In this document: in pieces, positions 51,601 to 63,740 of the stretch
Layout of the letters: each line of letters opens with the position of its first letter
How positions within the stretch are numbered: position 1 is the stretch's first letter
Assembly: GCA_963744145.1 (NCBI GenBank)
Contig: CAVUSO010000001.1
Span: 2,368,001 to 2,432,000 of the forward strand
Direction: 5' to 3'
Source: an uncultured cyanobacterium
Lineage (GTDB): Bacteria; Cyanobacteriota; Cyanobacteriia; Cyanobacteriales; CAWUOF01
DNA: 64,000 nucleotides
Program-made: the position numbers and the translations under genes
Notes under the pieces: model-generated
Told to the model about the DNA's origin: nothing
The model's input: only the letters and a program-made list of their open reading frames with translations
Databases searched by the model: none

Positions 51601-54015
51601 ACTAGAGTTAATACTGCTAGTTGTAATCATCCCCATTTGACTGGTTAAATTAATATTGCCCCCAGTAGCATTAGTTGAACTAGAATTAACAGTAGTTAGA
51701 TTCAGATTGCTTCCTGCTGAAAAGGCGATCGCACCTCCATTTCCATTAGTAGAACTAGCATCAGTAGCATTACCATTAATAGTACCATTACTACTAGCAA
51801 TAGTTATATTTCCTCCTCCTAATTGTCCTGAAGAATTTGTCCCATTAGGAATATTTATATCACCAATACTCTTAATCTTTACTTCTCCACCAATTCCATT
51901 AACACTTGCATAAGAATTTATATTTTGCACAGTAAGAGAGCCACCATTTTGGATGGTAATATTACCACCACCCATCTGACCATTTGTCCCAATATTGCTA
52001 AGAATATTAATATTATTAGCAGCATTGAGGGTAATTGAACCACCGATTAGCCCTCCTGTACCAATATATGCAACATTAGTGATAATTGAACCGTTATTAC
52101 TGGTGAGATTAATATTGCCACCCTTTCCTGTAAAACTAGCACTACCAGCATCTATATAACTAGAAGTAACATTACCACCAGCAGTGACAGAAATATTACC
52201 ACCATTTCCACTAGCACCAAATGACACGATCGTCTGAATGTCTCTAGTAGTAACGTTATTTCCAGCATTAACAGTGATATTTCCACTATTACCAGTACCA
52301 CTACTTAAGATAGCTTGTAATGTGCGGGTACTAATATTATTTTTAGCAGTTAAATTCAATTCACCCGGTTTTGTAGCAAAACTGGTAGAAATATTTCCAG
52401 TAGTAATATTTGCGGCAGAAATTGTGATATCTCTACCATTAGTATTAATGTCATCGGTTGGAGTTTGCACCGTAAAAGACCCTACTCCAGTATTATTAGC
52501 ATCAGCAGTAAAGGTAATTGAACCTCCCCCAGATACAAAGTTAAGCCCAGCACCAGAAGTAATGGTAATATTATTAGTTGCTTCTAAGATTACATTTCCA
52601 GTTTGATTTTGCAGAGCTGTATTAGAAATAGTAAAAGTGGTGGGAGGACTAGCACTAGCAAAAATTGTTGGTAAAAAACTATCTTGTGGTTCACTTGGAC
52701 TAGCAACAATGTTAATATCGGTGGGATCTAATAATAAAGTACCTAATTTTCCTTTAGTCGCGTTCAGATTCACTAGACCATCAAAAGTTAGGTTTTCTTT
52801 CCCAGAAATTTCGACAAATCCCCCATTTCCAGAATTAATTCCACCTGGAGCGTTAATATTACCAAAAAAGTTAGTTACTCGATCGCTCCAAACAATCACG
52901 CTTCCACCATCTCCAGTTTTACCTCCATTAGCATTAATAATTGTATCTTTACTAACAAACGTTTCTAGTGCATTCGGGACATTTCCTTTTCCTTGAAAAT
53001 CTCCCCCGATTCGGACTATTCCTCCGGAACCTGAAGCATTAATATTCCCATTAATTAGTCCCACTTCTTGACCCAATATGTTGATATTTCCCCCAATTTT
53101 ATGATCAGGTTGAGAAACATCTAATTGACCTGATGCGATCGCCATTCCAGTTAAATTAGGAATCTTAATCTCGGAATTTTTTACAGTCAATGTTCCATCA
53201 GAATTAACATCAACTCCGGTTTCGATTCCAGCAGCATTTCCTGTCAATAAAGTTGGTAAATCTAGAGGTTTAATTGAGAGAATATTTCCTTCCTGATTCC
53301 GGGGTGGAGTAATTTCTAAACTCAGTAAGTGTCCTGGTTGACTAATTTTAATTACTTGGTCACCGGGAACAGCACTAATGGTCAGAGTTCCTCCTGGAAC
53401 TGTGAGCTGTCCTGTATTGATCACATTCCCACTCAGTAAAGTTAGACTTTGACCTGGTAATAGGGTTAAATTACCTGCATTAATAATATTTCCTGCTTGA
53501 ATATAGTCAAATGCAAATTGACTAGGATTACCGATTAAATTCTGATAATTGTTAACCCTAAAACTATTAAACCAATTATTGTTACCAAAACCGATCCCGG
53601 TTGCGGTAGTTGCGGTAAATGAAGCTGGTAGATTTAATTGAGCATGGGAGCCAAAGATAATTCCGGATGGATTGATTAAAAATAAGTTTGCGTTCCCTCC
53701 TGTTACCTGAATTAAGCCATTAATTAAAGAAGGATTACCCCCAACTACTCGACCTAATATATTATGGATCTGAGGAGTAATTTGAAAATTAGCAGTTTGA
53801 TTTGCTGATAAACCGAATTGCTCGAAACTATGGAACAAATTCGTGCGATCGCCCGATAATGTCCCACCGCGAATATCAAAACGATTACCGTTCTGGTTGA
53901 CTAAAGTATGGGTCCCATCAGATGCGGATGTAATTGGTTGAGCTGTGACTATCGAGTAAGTAGTGAACGGAAAAAGTAAAGGTAAAAGCACCCAAATTTG
54001 ACGAAGATTTAGCAT
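48624..54015 (-). pseudogene. Haemagglutinin(TPS)-CHAT protein, copy 3, with +1 frameshift near 49200
   Basis: [14 protein letters not shown], beta-helix and PT linker. One extra A in a run (caaaaattgg) shifts the frame; HLATH, LSAC and YYWSAF.IIGNPW continue in the next frame to 48624. Confidence 0.88.
49982..50180. repeat. Pro-Thr hexamer coding microsatellite
   Basis: ggtgtg/ggagtt-type repeats encoding (PT/PA)n. Confidence 0.9.
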
Positions 54016-54053
54016 AGTCTTAATTTCTGATAACTTTAATTTAAGGTGATTGG

Positions 54054-57000
54054 TTACCAAGGATTACCAATGATAGTGAAACCACTCCAATAATAAGGAT
54101 GAGATAAGTTTTTATTACTTACTTCATGTAACTCTTGGGGTAAAGGTAATTTGCTACCAGTGGTAATTAATTGTCCAGCTTCGAGTCGAACTTTTCCCGG
54201 ATCATTGCTAACTGAGCTTGTCGTAATGCTTCAGCTTTGATGGGAGTCTTCCGGAGTTGCTGATAAAATTCAGTCATTAATCCCAGAGTGCCTTCATCCG
54301 AAATAGACCAAAGCGATGCTAATGCTGATTTTACACCAACTTGTACAGCTAATCCAGCAAAACCTAACTCGGTATTTTCATCACCGATCGCAGTCCGACA
54401 AGCACTTAAAACTAAAAGTTCGACTGGAGGTTTATTCCATTCGATGGTTCTGAGATCTGGTAAATATAGTTTGCGATCGACAAACTGAATATAAGAATTT
54501 TCTGGCTTTTTTGATGAGAATTCAGCATGAGTCGCAAGATGAATGATCCCAAAATGGCCAGCAGCCCGTAGGGCTTTGAGGTTTTCGATGGTAAAATCTT
54601 GCTCAATAATTGATCTACCACCCCAATTTTTCGCGATCGCTAATACTTCTGATGTTGCTGCTGGTAAAGGGGTTAAATCATCAGTAAATTTTGAAGCACC
54701 CATGGCTAAAACTTGAAAGTTACGAATATTGACATGATGTAAATCTGTGAGATTTAAACTTGGCATTAATCCCACACTATATCGTTCGATGATAAACTCT
54801 TTACCATTAGACATAGCCGCTAAAGGAATACCACGTAAATTCACATCCATCACATAAACTAAATTTTGGATGCCCTGTTTTTGTAATTCGGATTCTAATG
54901 GTGCTACTAACCATTGATACATTTGCCGGGCTGGTACTAAATAACCACGAAAATTTCTGATATTGCTAGTATTGTTACGAAAATCGTTCGCGATCGCCAT
55001 TACTTGGGTTCTAGTTGCTTTCGTGGAGCGACGGATTGGCTTTCCTTGGGCTGTGACCAAAATTAGTTCCAGTCGATCACGATCTGCCGGAATCAGCGAT
55101 CGCAACAACAGAGGTACTTGTTTTAAGTTACTTGATTCGGTCGCTGGAGTGATAGATTCTGGCACAAATACAGCATAAATAATTGCAGGTTTTACTCCAG
55201 TATTTTCTTCTATATTATGGAGAATGTTGCGAGTTTCACTTAGGGAAATATTTCTGATATTTTCTAATCCAAAATAATTGATAAAATCTTGGCTAAATAA
55301 CTGATCAATTTCTAGAGTTTGAGGATCATTTGCAAGTAGTGGTAAAAAATTGATGTGCTGTTCTGTATTTGTTAAATCAATGGGATTAATTTTTAAATTC
55401 TGTTGATTAGATTTTGTAGGTGTAGGTGTAGGTGTAGGTATGGGTGTGGGTATGGGTGTGGGTGTAGGTATGGGTGTGGGTGTGGGTATGGGTGTAGGTA
55501 TAGGTGTAGGTGTGGGTGTAGGTATGGGTGTGGGTGTAGGTGTAGGTGTGGAAGTGAAAGATATAATTTGAATCTGATTTATGTTATTAGTAATACTATT
55601 TGTGGCAGTTAAAACCAGTTCACTCGGTGTAGTAGGAAAAGTTGTAGCAATATTTCCAGCATAAATATTTGTAGCTGAAACTTTGATATTTCTACCATTG
55701 GTAATAACCTGATCGGCTGGATTTTGCACTATAAAAGAACCAACACCAGAATTTGTAGCATCAGCAGTAAATGTAATTGAACCTCCACCAGGAACAAAAT
55801 TAAGCCCAGCACCGGAAGTAATGGTAATGTTATTAGTTGCTTGTAAGATTACATTACCAGTTTGACTTTGCAGTGCGTTTTGTGAGATTGTAAAGGTTGC
55901 AGGAGGACTGGTACTAGCAAAAATTGTTGGTAAAAAACTATCTTGAGGCGCACTTGTGCCAGGAATAATAATAATATCAGTTGGATCTAATAGTAAAGTT
56001 CCAAAACTACCTTTAGGAGCATTTAGATTAACTATTCCGTTGAAAGTTAGATTTTCTTTACCCGATATTTCTGTCAATCCACCATTCCCTGAATTAATTC
56101 CACCACGATCGCTAATATTACCAAAAAAATTTGTTACTTGATCACTCCAAACAACAATATTTCCGCCATTACCATAATTAATTGCATCAGCATTAATCGT
56201 CGAACCTTGACTAACAAAAGTTTGAGTTGCATTTGGTGCAGTTCCCTTACCTTGAAAATCACCACCAATTTTTATTGTTCCTCCACCATTACCACCAGCA
56301 GCATTAATATTGCCATTAATCACACCTACTTTACTACCAAAAATATTTATATTTCCCCCAGGTTGTGATAAATTAGATGTATCTAATTTGCCAGAAGCGA
56401 TCGCCATTCCTGGTAAATTAGGAATATTAATATCCGAATTTTTTAGTTGGAGAGTACCATTTGGATTGACAGTAACTCCAGTTTCCAAATTTCTAGCGTT
56501 TCCCGTAAGTAAAGTGGGCAAATCTATTAGTTTAATTGGTAGGATATTGCCATTATTATTGCGTGGTGGAGTGATTTCTAAACTCAGTAAATGTCCGGGT
56601 TGACTAATTTTGATTACTTCCTCACCAGGTACAGCCGTGATCGTAAGATTTCCCGCTGGTGCTATGAGTTTTCCTGTATTAATAACGTTACCGCTAAGTA
56701 AAGTTAAATTTTGTCCTGGTAACACAGTTAAATTACCAGCATTAATAACATTTCCAGTCTGAGAACTATCAAAAGCAAATTTACTCGGAGTTCCGGTGAG
56801 ATTCTGATAATTGTTAGCGCCAAAAATATTAAACCAATTATTACCACCAAATCCGATTCCAGTAGCAGTAGTAGCAGTAAATGAACCAGGAATATTTAAT
56901 TGAGCATTTGTGCCAAAGATAATCCCTGCTGGGTTAATTAAAAATAAGTTAGCATTCCCTCCTGTTACTTGAATTAAACCATTAATTAGAGAAGGATTTC

Positions 57001-57274
57001 CACTAACTACTCGACCTAAAATATTATGAATCTGGGGATTGATAATAAAATTAGCAGTTTGATTTTTAGATAGCCCAAATTGCTCAAAACTATGAAATAA
57101 ATTAGCGCGATCGCCCGATAATGTCCCACCGCGAATATCAAAACTATTACCATTCTGATTGACTAAAGTATGGGTTCGATCGGGTGCGGATGTAATTGGT
57201 TGAGCTATTACTGAACGAGTAGTGAACGGAAAAAGCAAAGATAAAAACAGCCAAATTCGTGGTAGATTTAGCAT
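54054..57274 (-). pseudogene. Haemagglutinin(TPS)-CHAT protein, copy 2, with -1 frameshift near 54197
   Basis: One G missing in cgg-gga-aaa. The alternative frame gives [10 protein letters not shown]...[15 protein letters not shown] ending at 54054. Confidence 0.88.
55415..55550. repeat. Pro-Thr/Pro-Ile hexamer coding microsatellite
   Basis: ggtgta/ggtatg/ggtgtg repeats. Confidence 0.9.
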
Positions 57275-57312
57275 TGTCTTAATTTCTGATAGCTGCCATT
57301 TAATGTGATTGG

Positions 57313-60300
57313 TTACCAAGGATTACCGATGATAGTAAAGGAACTCCAATAATAGGGATGAGATAAGTTTTTGTTGCCAATTTCATGTAATTCTAGAGGT
57401 AAAGGTGATGTACCACTAGTGGTAATCAATTGTCCAGCTTCAACGCGAACTTTCCCTTGAATCATAGCTAATTGAGCTTGTCGTAATGCTTCAACTTTGA
57501 TGGGAGCTTTGCGAAGTTGCTGGTAAAATTCGGTCATTAATCCCAAAGTACCCTCATCAGAAATATACCACAGGGATGCTAAAGCTGATTTAACTCCCAC
57601 TTGGAAAGCTAATCCAGCAAAACCTAACTCAGCATTTTCATCACCGATCGCAGTCCGACAAGCACTTAAAACTAAAAGTTCGACTGGGGGGTTACTCCAT
57701 TCGATCGTTCTGAGAGCTGATAAAGGTAATTTGCGATCGACAAACTGAATATAGGAATTGCTGGATTCTCCTGGAGCAAATTCAGCATGGGTCGCTAGGT
57801 GGATGATTCCAAACGGATGAGAAGCGCGTTCCGATTTCAGGTTTTCGATCGTAAAGTTGCGATTAAGGATTGATTTACCTCCCCAAATTTTCGCAATTAT
57901 CAATGCTTCTGCTTCAGCTGCGGGTAAGGGATTTTGGGGATCGGCAAATTTAGCAGCTCCCATAGTTAAGATTTGAGAGTTACGCAGATCAACATGACGT
58001 AAATCAGTCAGGTTTAGACTTGGCATTAAACCCACACTATACTTTTCCACAATAAATTCCTTTCCATTATACATGGCGGCTAAGGGAATACTGCGTAAAT
58101 TCACATCCATAATATAATCTAAATTTTGAATACCCTGTTTTTGCAATTCCGGTGCTAATGGTGCTACTAACAATTGATACATTTGTTGGGCTGGTACTAA
58201 ATAACCCCGAGGATTTCTGACATTACTGACCTTGCGACGAAAATCAGTGGCGATCGCGATAACTTCAGCTCTGGTAGCATTAGTTGAGCGACGAATTGGT
58301 TTGGTTTTTGCTGTGATTAAAATCAGTTCAAGCCGATCGCTATTGCTGGGTATTTGCGATCGCAATAAGGAAGGTATTTGTTTTAAGTTACCTGATTTTG
58401 GAGCCGCAGTAATAGTTTCTGGAACAAATACAGCATAAATAATTGCAGGTTTTATTCCGGTAGCTTTTTCTATACTACTAAGTAGATCCTGTGCTTCGAT
58501 CACAGAAGTATCTTTTGACTCATTTAAGTTGAAATAATTGATAAAATCTTGGCTGAATATTTGATCAATATTCAGAGTTTCTGATTCTGCACTTGGAACT
58601 AACGGTAAAGCTTTAATGGGATTTTCTGTCCTGGTTAAATCAACCGGATTAATTGCTAAATCTTTTTGAGGAGTTGGAATTAGGGTTGGAATTGGAATTG
58701 GAGTTGGAATTGGAGTTGGGATTAAAATTGGAGTTGGTGTTGGTGTTGGGATTGAAATTGGTGTTGGTGTTGGGATTGAAATTGGAGTTGGTGTTGGTGT
58801 TGGGATTGAAATTGGAGTTGGTGTTGGAATTGAAATTGGAGTTGGTGTTGGGATTGAAATTGGAGTTGGTGTTGGAATTGAAATTGGGGTTGGTGTTGGA
58901 ATTGAAATTGGGGTTGGTGTTGGAGTTGGGGTTGGAATTGGTGTTGGAGTTGGGGTTGGAATTGGAGTTGGGGTTGGAATTGGAGTTGGGGTTGGAGTTG
59001 GAGTTGGGGGTGGGGTTGGAGTTGGAGTTGGAGTTGGAGTTGGGGGTGGAGCGGGAACAGATATAATTTGAATGCGATCGCTATCTTGAGTATAATTATA
59101 TAAAAATGAACCGCTAGTAATCGTTGCTTGTGTTGTATTTCCTTCCGTCAAACTTCCACTAGTACCATTAGTAGTAGCATCTCCAACTATAAAAGGAATA
59201 GTCCCATTCCCCCCATGATTAATGGTAATATTTCCCCCGTTTAATGGGTTACCGCTAGCAGCACAAATACTCGTATTTATACAGGTTAATAAATTTAAAG
59301 TTCCGAGAATTTTCAAAAATTGGCTAGTGGTAATATTAACGTTACCACCAGTATTGTTTCCAAAAGTATTAATGCTATTAAGCTGAATATCACTACCCGA
59401 GTTAATCTTAATATTACCACCGATTCCATTATTAACAGCACTAGAGTTAAGATCAGCAGTTTTAATGGAATTGAGCGATTGAATGGTAATTGCTCCCCCA
59501 TTACTTGAACTCGAACTAGAATTCAGTATACCTGCGGTAGTATCAATGATCCCGTTAGTGCTACTAATCGTAATATTTCCACCATTTCCACTTCTAGAGT
59601 TTGCACCAGCTATCCCATCACCAGTAACGTTCGATGTGATATTACCTGTAGTCAGGTTAGTGCTAGTCGTAATCGCGATCGCACCTCCATTACCATTAGT
59701 AGAACTAGAATTAATCCCACCTTTATTAGTATTAAACGCACCATTACTACTCGTAATGGTTATATTTCCTCCTCCGAAAGTTCCCGAAGAATTAATTCCT
59801 AGGACTGCATTGGTAGTATTAATATCACCGATCGCTTTGAGGGAAATATCACCTCCTTTTCCACTAGTAATAGATGAAACGATCGTCTGGATATCTGTAG
59901 TAGTAAGGTTACCTCCAGCATTAATAGTAATATTTCCACCATTACCATTACCATTACCAGTGGTCGGGTTCGCTTGTAATGAGCGAGTAGTAATATTGTT
60001 TTTAGCAGTTAAAGTTAAATCCCCTGCTTTAGTAGTAAAACTGGTGGAAATATTCCCGGTAGTAATATTTCCAGCGGAAATTGTGAGATTTCTCCCATTG
60101 GTATTAATATTATTTGCTAGATTTTGCACCGTAAAAGAACCTACTCCACTATTACTAGCATCAGCAGTAAAAGTAATTGAACCTCCCCCAGATACAAAGT
60201 TAAGTGCAGCACCTGAAGTGACAGTGATATTATTAGTTGCTTGTAAGATCACATTTCCTATTTGACTTTGTAGTGCAGTATTGGAAATGGTAAAGGTGGT

Positions 60301-61674
60301 CGGAGGACTAGCATTAGCAAAAATTGTTGGTAAAAAACTATCTTGTGCTGCAACAGTAGCGGCAATGATGTTAATATTAGTTGGATCTAATAATAAATTA
60401 CCCAATTTTCCTTTAGTCGCGTTCAGATTAACTAGACCATCAAAAATTAGGTTTTCTTTCCCAGAAATTTCGACAAATCCCCCATTTCCACTATTGGTCC
60501 CACCTTGAGCGCTAATCTTTCCCAAAAAGTTGGTTATGTGATCACTCCAAACGATAATGCGTCCACCATCTCCAGTTTGATTTCCATCAGCATTAATAAT
60601 TGTATCTTTACTGACAAATGTTTCTAGTGCATTTGGGACATTTCCTTTCCCTTGAAAATCTCCCCCGATTCGGACTATTCCTCCGGAACCTGAAGCATTA
60701 ATATTCCCATTAATTAGTCCTACTTCTTGACCCAATATGTTGATATTTCCCCCAATTTTATGATCAGGTTGAGAAACATCTAATTGACCTGATGCGATCG
60801 CCATTCCAGTTAAATTAGGAATCTTAATCTCGGAATTTTTTACAGTCAATGTTCCATCAGAATTAACACTAACTCCGGTTTCGATCCCAGCAGCAGTTCC
60901 TGTCAATAAAGTTGGTAAATCCAGGGGTTTAATTGAGAGAATATTTCCTTCCTGATTCCGGGGTGGAGTAATTTCTAAACTCAGTAAGTGTCCTGGTTGA
61001 CTAATTTTAATTACTTGGTCACCGGGAACAGCACTAATGGTCAGAGTTCCTCCTGGAACTGTGAGTTGTCCTGTATTGATCACATTTCCACTCAATAAAG
61101 TTAGACTTTGACCTGGTGCTAGGGTTAAATTACCTGCATTAATAATATTTCCTGCTTGAATATAGTCAAATGCAAATTGACTAGGATTACCGATTAAATT
61201 CTGATAATTGTTAACACCAAAACTATTAAACCAATTATTGTTACCAAAACCGATCCCGGTTGCGGTAGTTGCGGTAAATGAAGCTGGTAGATTTAATTGA
61301 GCATGGGAACCAAAGATAATTCCCGCTGGATTTATTAAAAATAAGTTCGCATTCCCTCCAGTGACTTGAATTAAGCCATTAATTAAAGAAGGATTACCCC
61401 CAACTACTCGACCTAAGATATTATGGATCTGAGGAGTAATTTGAAAATTAGCAGTTTGGTTGGTCGATAATCCGAATTGGGTAAAACTGTGGAATAAATT
61501 AGTGCGATCGCCCGATAATGTCCCACCTCGAATATCGAAACGATTACCATTCTGATTGACTAAAGTATGAGTCCCATCAGGTGCGGATGTAATCGGTTGT
61601 GCTATAACTGTCAGGTGAACAGTTAAGGGGAAAAGTAAAGGAAAAAATAATCCAATTTGCCGAAAATTTAACAT
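57313..61674 (-). CDS. Haemagglutinin(TPS)-CHAT protein, copy 1 (intact)
   Basis: Signal peptide, [21 protein letters not shown] linker, HLATHA, LSAC and YYWS.F.IIGNPW. Confidence 0.94.
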   Translation of the reverse strand: MLNFRQIGLFFPLLFPLTVHLTVIAQPITSAPDGTHTLVNQNGNRFDIRGGTLSGDRTNLFHSFTQFGLSTNQTANFQITPQIHNILGRVVGGNPSLINGLIQVTGGNANLFLINPAGIIFGSHAQLNLPASFTATTATGIGFGNNNWFNSFGVNNYQNLIGNPSQFAFDYIQAGNIINAGNLTLAPGQSLTLLSGNVINTGQLTVPGGTLTISAVPGDQVIKISQPGHLLSLEITPPRNQEGNILSIKPLDLPTLLTGTAAGIETGVSVNSDGTLTVKNSEIKIPNLTGMAIASGQLDVSQPDHKIGGNINILGQEVGLINGNINASGSGGIVRIGGDFQGKGNVPNALETFVSKDTIINADGNQTGDGGRIIVWSDHITNFLGKISAQGGTNSGNGGFVEISGKENLIFDGLVNLNATKGKLGNLLLDPTNINIIAATVAAQDSFLPTIFANASPPTTFTISNTALQSQIGNVILQATNNITVTSGAALNFVSGGGSITFTADASNSGVGSFTVQNLANNINTNGRNLTISAGNITTGNISTSFTTKAGDLTLTAKNNITTRSLQANPTTGNGNGNGGNITINAGGNLTTTDIQTIVSSITSGKGGDISLKAIGDINTTNAVLGINSSGTFGGGNITITSSNGAFNTNKGGINSSSTNGNGGAIAITTSTNLTTGNITSNVTGDGIAGANSRSGNGGNITISSTNGIIDTTAGILNSSSSSSNGGAITIQSLNSIKTADLNSSAVNNGIGGNIKINSGSDIQLNSINTFGNNTGGNVNITTSQFLKILGTLNLLTCINTSICAASGNPLNGGNITINHGGNGTIPFIVGDATTNGTSGSLTEGNTTQATITSGSFLYNYTQDSDRIQIISVPAPPPTPTPTPTPTPPPTPTPTPTPIPTPTPIPTPTPTPIPTPTPTPTPISIPTPTPISIPTPTPISIPTPTPISIPTPTPISIPTPTPTPISIPTPTPISIPTPTPTPILIPTPIPTPIPIPTLIPTPQKDLAINPVDLTRTENPIKALPLVPSAESETLNIDQIFSQDFINYFNLNESKDTSVIEAQDLLSSIEKATGIKPAIIYAVFVPETITAAPKSGNLKQIPSLLRSQIPSNSDRLELILITAKTKPIRRSTNATRAEVIAIATDFRRKVSNVRNPRGYLVPAQQMYQLLVAPLAPELQKQGIQNLDYIMDVNLRSIPLAAMYNGKEFIVEKYSVGLMPSLNLTDLRHVDLRNSQILTMGAAKFADPQNPLPAAEAEALIIAKIWGGKSILNRNFTIENLKSERASHPFGIIHLATHAEFAPGESSNSYIQFVDRKLPLSALRTIEWSNPPVELLVLSACRTAIGDENAELGFAGLAFQVGVKSALASLWYISDEGTLGLMTEFYQQLRKAPIKVEALRQAQLAMIQGKVRVEAGQLITTSGTSPLPLELHEIGNKNLSHPYYWSSFTIIGNPW
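58670..59055. repeat. Pro-Thr / PTPISI coding microsatellite
   Basis: ggagtt/ggtgtt hexamers and repeated PTPTPISI units. Confidence 0.9.
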
Positions 61675-61865
61675 GGTTTTAATTTCTTGTTGATAAAATT
61701 GATTTTGATTACTACCTAAATCTTGCTAACTTTTACCTAATTTAATAGTTAGCAGCAAGGAAAAAGTTTTCGATCGCTTTAGGTAGCGAAAATCTTGCAC
61801 CATTATTGGTGAATTTAACTCATCCCAATTACTGACTTAATTACTGGAGGTTGATCTGTGCGGTC

Positions 61866-61986
61866 GAGCGGGTTTATGATCCTGATCTATTTGTTATTAA
61901 ATTGATTTGTGAACCCGTAGAATCGGGTTTATCTTATTGGTAGGTGAGGATTAAAAATCTAGCTGAAAGCTGAACTCGCTCCTACA
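61866..61986. repeat. Degenerate REP-like pair
   Basis: gagcgggttt...gaacccg and cgggttt...gaactcgctcctac arms. Confidence 0.45.
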
Positions 61987-62460
61987 CACATTTAATTATC
62001 TTTTTTGAGAGAAATTATTTCATCAAAAATACCATTTTGTCCAAGCAAGTTCACCGGGATATTTGCTAATTAAGCACCAATTATATAAACTTGCCCCAGC
62101 CTCATCAATTAAGTACAACTTCATACTTAAAGGATATTATTACTCTTAATTATAGCTAATTTTTTTTAGAATTGTGTAAAGATTTTTTTATGATACCTAA
62201 TTAATTTTGCACATGATCACAAAAAATTAAATAATAATTGTCGGAATAATAGCTGCTCAAGTTATTACTGCTAAATGTTGTGACCATAAAAACCTAAAAA
62301 GATGGTCGCTCTGAACAACAATGTAATATTCGAGTAACTTTCCTATAAAAATTTAAAATTTAAAGGCAAAATATTCTCTGGTATATTGCATCCCAGAGAA
62401 TAAAATAACCATCAGAGGTTTTTAATTTATAGCATTATTTTCGATTTTCTTAATTAATGC

Positions 62461-63363
62461 TTAAAGTTCTGCTGAATCAGATGGTCTGAGAAAAAGTTGG
62501 GCAATCCCTGTAATATTATCACTGCCATATCCTTGAGCGATCGCTTCCTGATAAATCTGATGGATAGCAGTAGATACTGGAGTTAAAGCATGAAAATCTT
62601 GAGCAGTTTGGATCACATAACGAATATCTTTCTCAACCAAATCAATGGGAAACAAAGGTGCATGATGATTGGCTACTATTAAATTTCCTGCATTTTTTGC
62701 AGCTAGACTAATCACAGGTAACTCATTAAGACATTCCATTGCTTTCTCTGGAGTGATTCCATCCTTGGTAAGTAACCCAATCATTTCTGCTAGAGCTGCA
62801 ACCTGAATTCCAAAAAGTGCATTGACTGCAAGTTTCATTACCATCCCCTGACCGACTAAACCAAGATGGTGGATCATGGAAGCACCTCCAGATAACAGGA
62901 TAGGTCGAACTTGTGCCAAAGTTTCAGCCTTACCTCCCACCAAATAAATTAGTTTTCCTGCTTCTGCTTGTGGACGAGACCCGACTATTGGAGCATCAAG
63001 AAAAGCTGCTCCACAGTTTTCAATTGCTGCGGCTAATTCTCTTGTCCAATTTACAGTCAAAGTGCTAGACTCAATCGCGATCGCATTCCGACGTAATCCT
63101 GCTATAGCACCAATATCTGGATCGAGCCAGATCAAGCGAGATACCTGATCATTAGTGACCATGCTGATCACTAAATCAGCTTGTGCTGCTGCTTGTTTCG
63201 GTGTGGTCGCATAAATTGCCCCTTGACTTAACAAAGGTTCTACCTTACTTTTTGTCCGGTTGTAAACAATGACCTGATATTTAGCCCTGAGCAGATTTTG
63301 AGCAATCCTCAACCCCATCGCTCCAACACCTAGTATTGCTACCTTGATTGTATTCATCTTCAA
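62461..63363 (-). CDS. NAD(P)-dependent 3-hydroxyisobutyrate/6PG dehydrogenase family oxidoreductase
   Basis: GVGAMG Rossmann motif, YNRT, LDAPIVG, catalytic K in MKLAVN, and KD. Confidence 0.92.
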   Translation of the reverse strand: MKMNTIKVAILGVGAMGLRIAQNLLRAKYQVIVYNRTKSKVEPLLSQGAIYATTPKQAAAQADLVISMVTNDQVSRLIWLDPDIGAIAGLRRNAIAIESSTLTVNWTRELAAAIENCGAAFLDAPIVGSRPQAEAGKLIYLVGGKAETLAQVRPILLSGGASMIHHLGLVGQGMVMKLAVNALFGIQVAALAEMIGLLTKDGITPEKAMECLNELPVISLAAKNAGNLIVANHHAPLFPIDLVEKDIRYVIQTAQDFHALTPVSTAIHQIYQEAIAQGYGSDNITGIAQLFLRPSDSAEL

Positions 63364-63443
63364 TCCTCTCCTAGAAATTGATTAACCTCACCACACTTTA
63401 GTTGATGTTAAAGAAGCAATAAATATAGATTTAGACAATTCTC

Positions 63444-63462
63444 TCATGCGTTTTTTACATGA
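63444..63462. promoter_or_regulatory. LysR-type T-N11-A box
   Basis: tcaTGCGTTTTTTACAtga dyad between the divergent dehydrogenase and lysR. Confidence 0.55.
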
Positions 63463-63501
63463 ATCGGGAGAGAATTGATGCAAAAAACTCTCCAAAAGTC
63501 T

Positions 63502-63663
63502 ATGGATATATCCGTGCTAAAAATCTTTGTGGAAGTGATCAGACAGGGTAGTTTTGCGGCTGTTGCTCGAGAACATAATCTAGACCCTTCTTCAATTTCA
63601 CGGGCGATCGCCAGTCTGGAAGCAGAACTGGGGGGTATTAACTGTTTACAAAAATTTGCCTAA
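63502..63663 (+). pseudogene. LysR regulator N-terminal HTH, interrupted by an IS
   Basis: L.IF..V...GSF.A.AR......SSISR.I..LE.ELG, then unrelated sequence and a stop. Confidence 0.88.
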
Positions 63664-63740
63664 ATCTTTCTATATCTACCTAAAAACTGTGCTAGAATAG
63701 CAAAATGATCACATAAATCTCAGGAATTGCGAGCGAAGAT

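Noticed and set aside
54016..54060. MVTNH... N-terminal extensions of TPS-CHAT copies (also 57275-57319)
   Set aside because: The TTG overlaps the previous gene's last codons; copy 1 shows the true start is MLN.
49541..60508. Many + strand ORFs (e.g. 49997-50197, 50660-51124, 58653-59066, 59483-60265)
   Set aside because: They are antisense shadows of Gly/Asn/Thr-rich haemagglutinin and Pro-Thr repeats.
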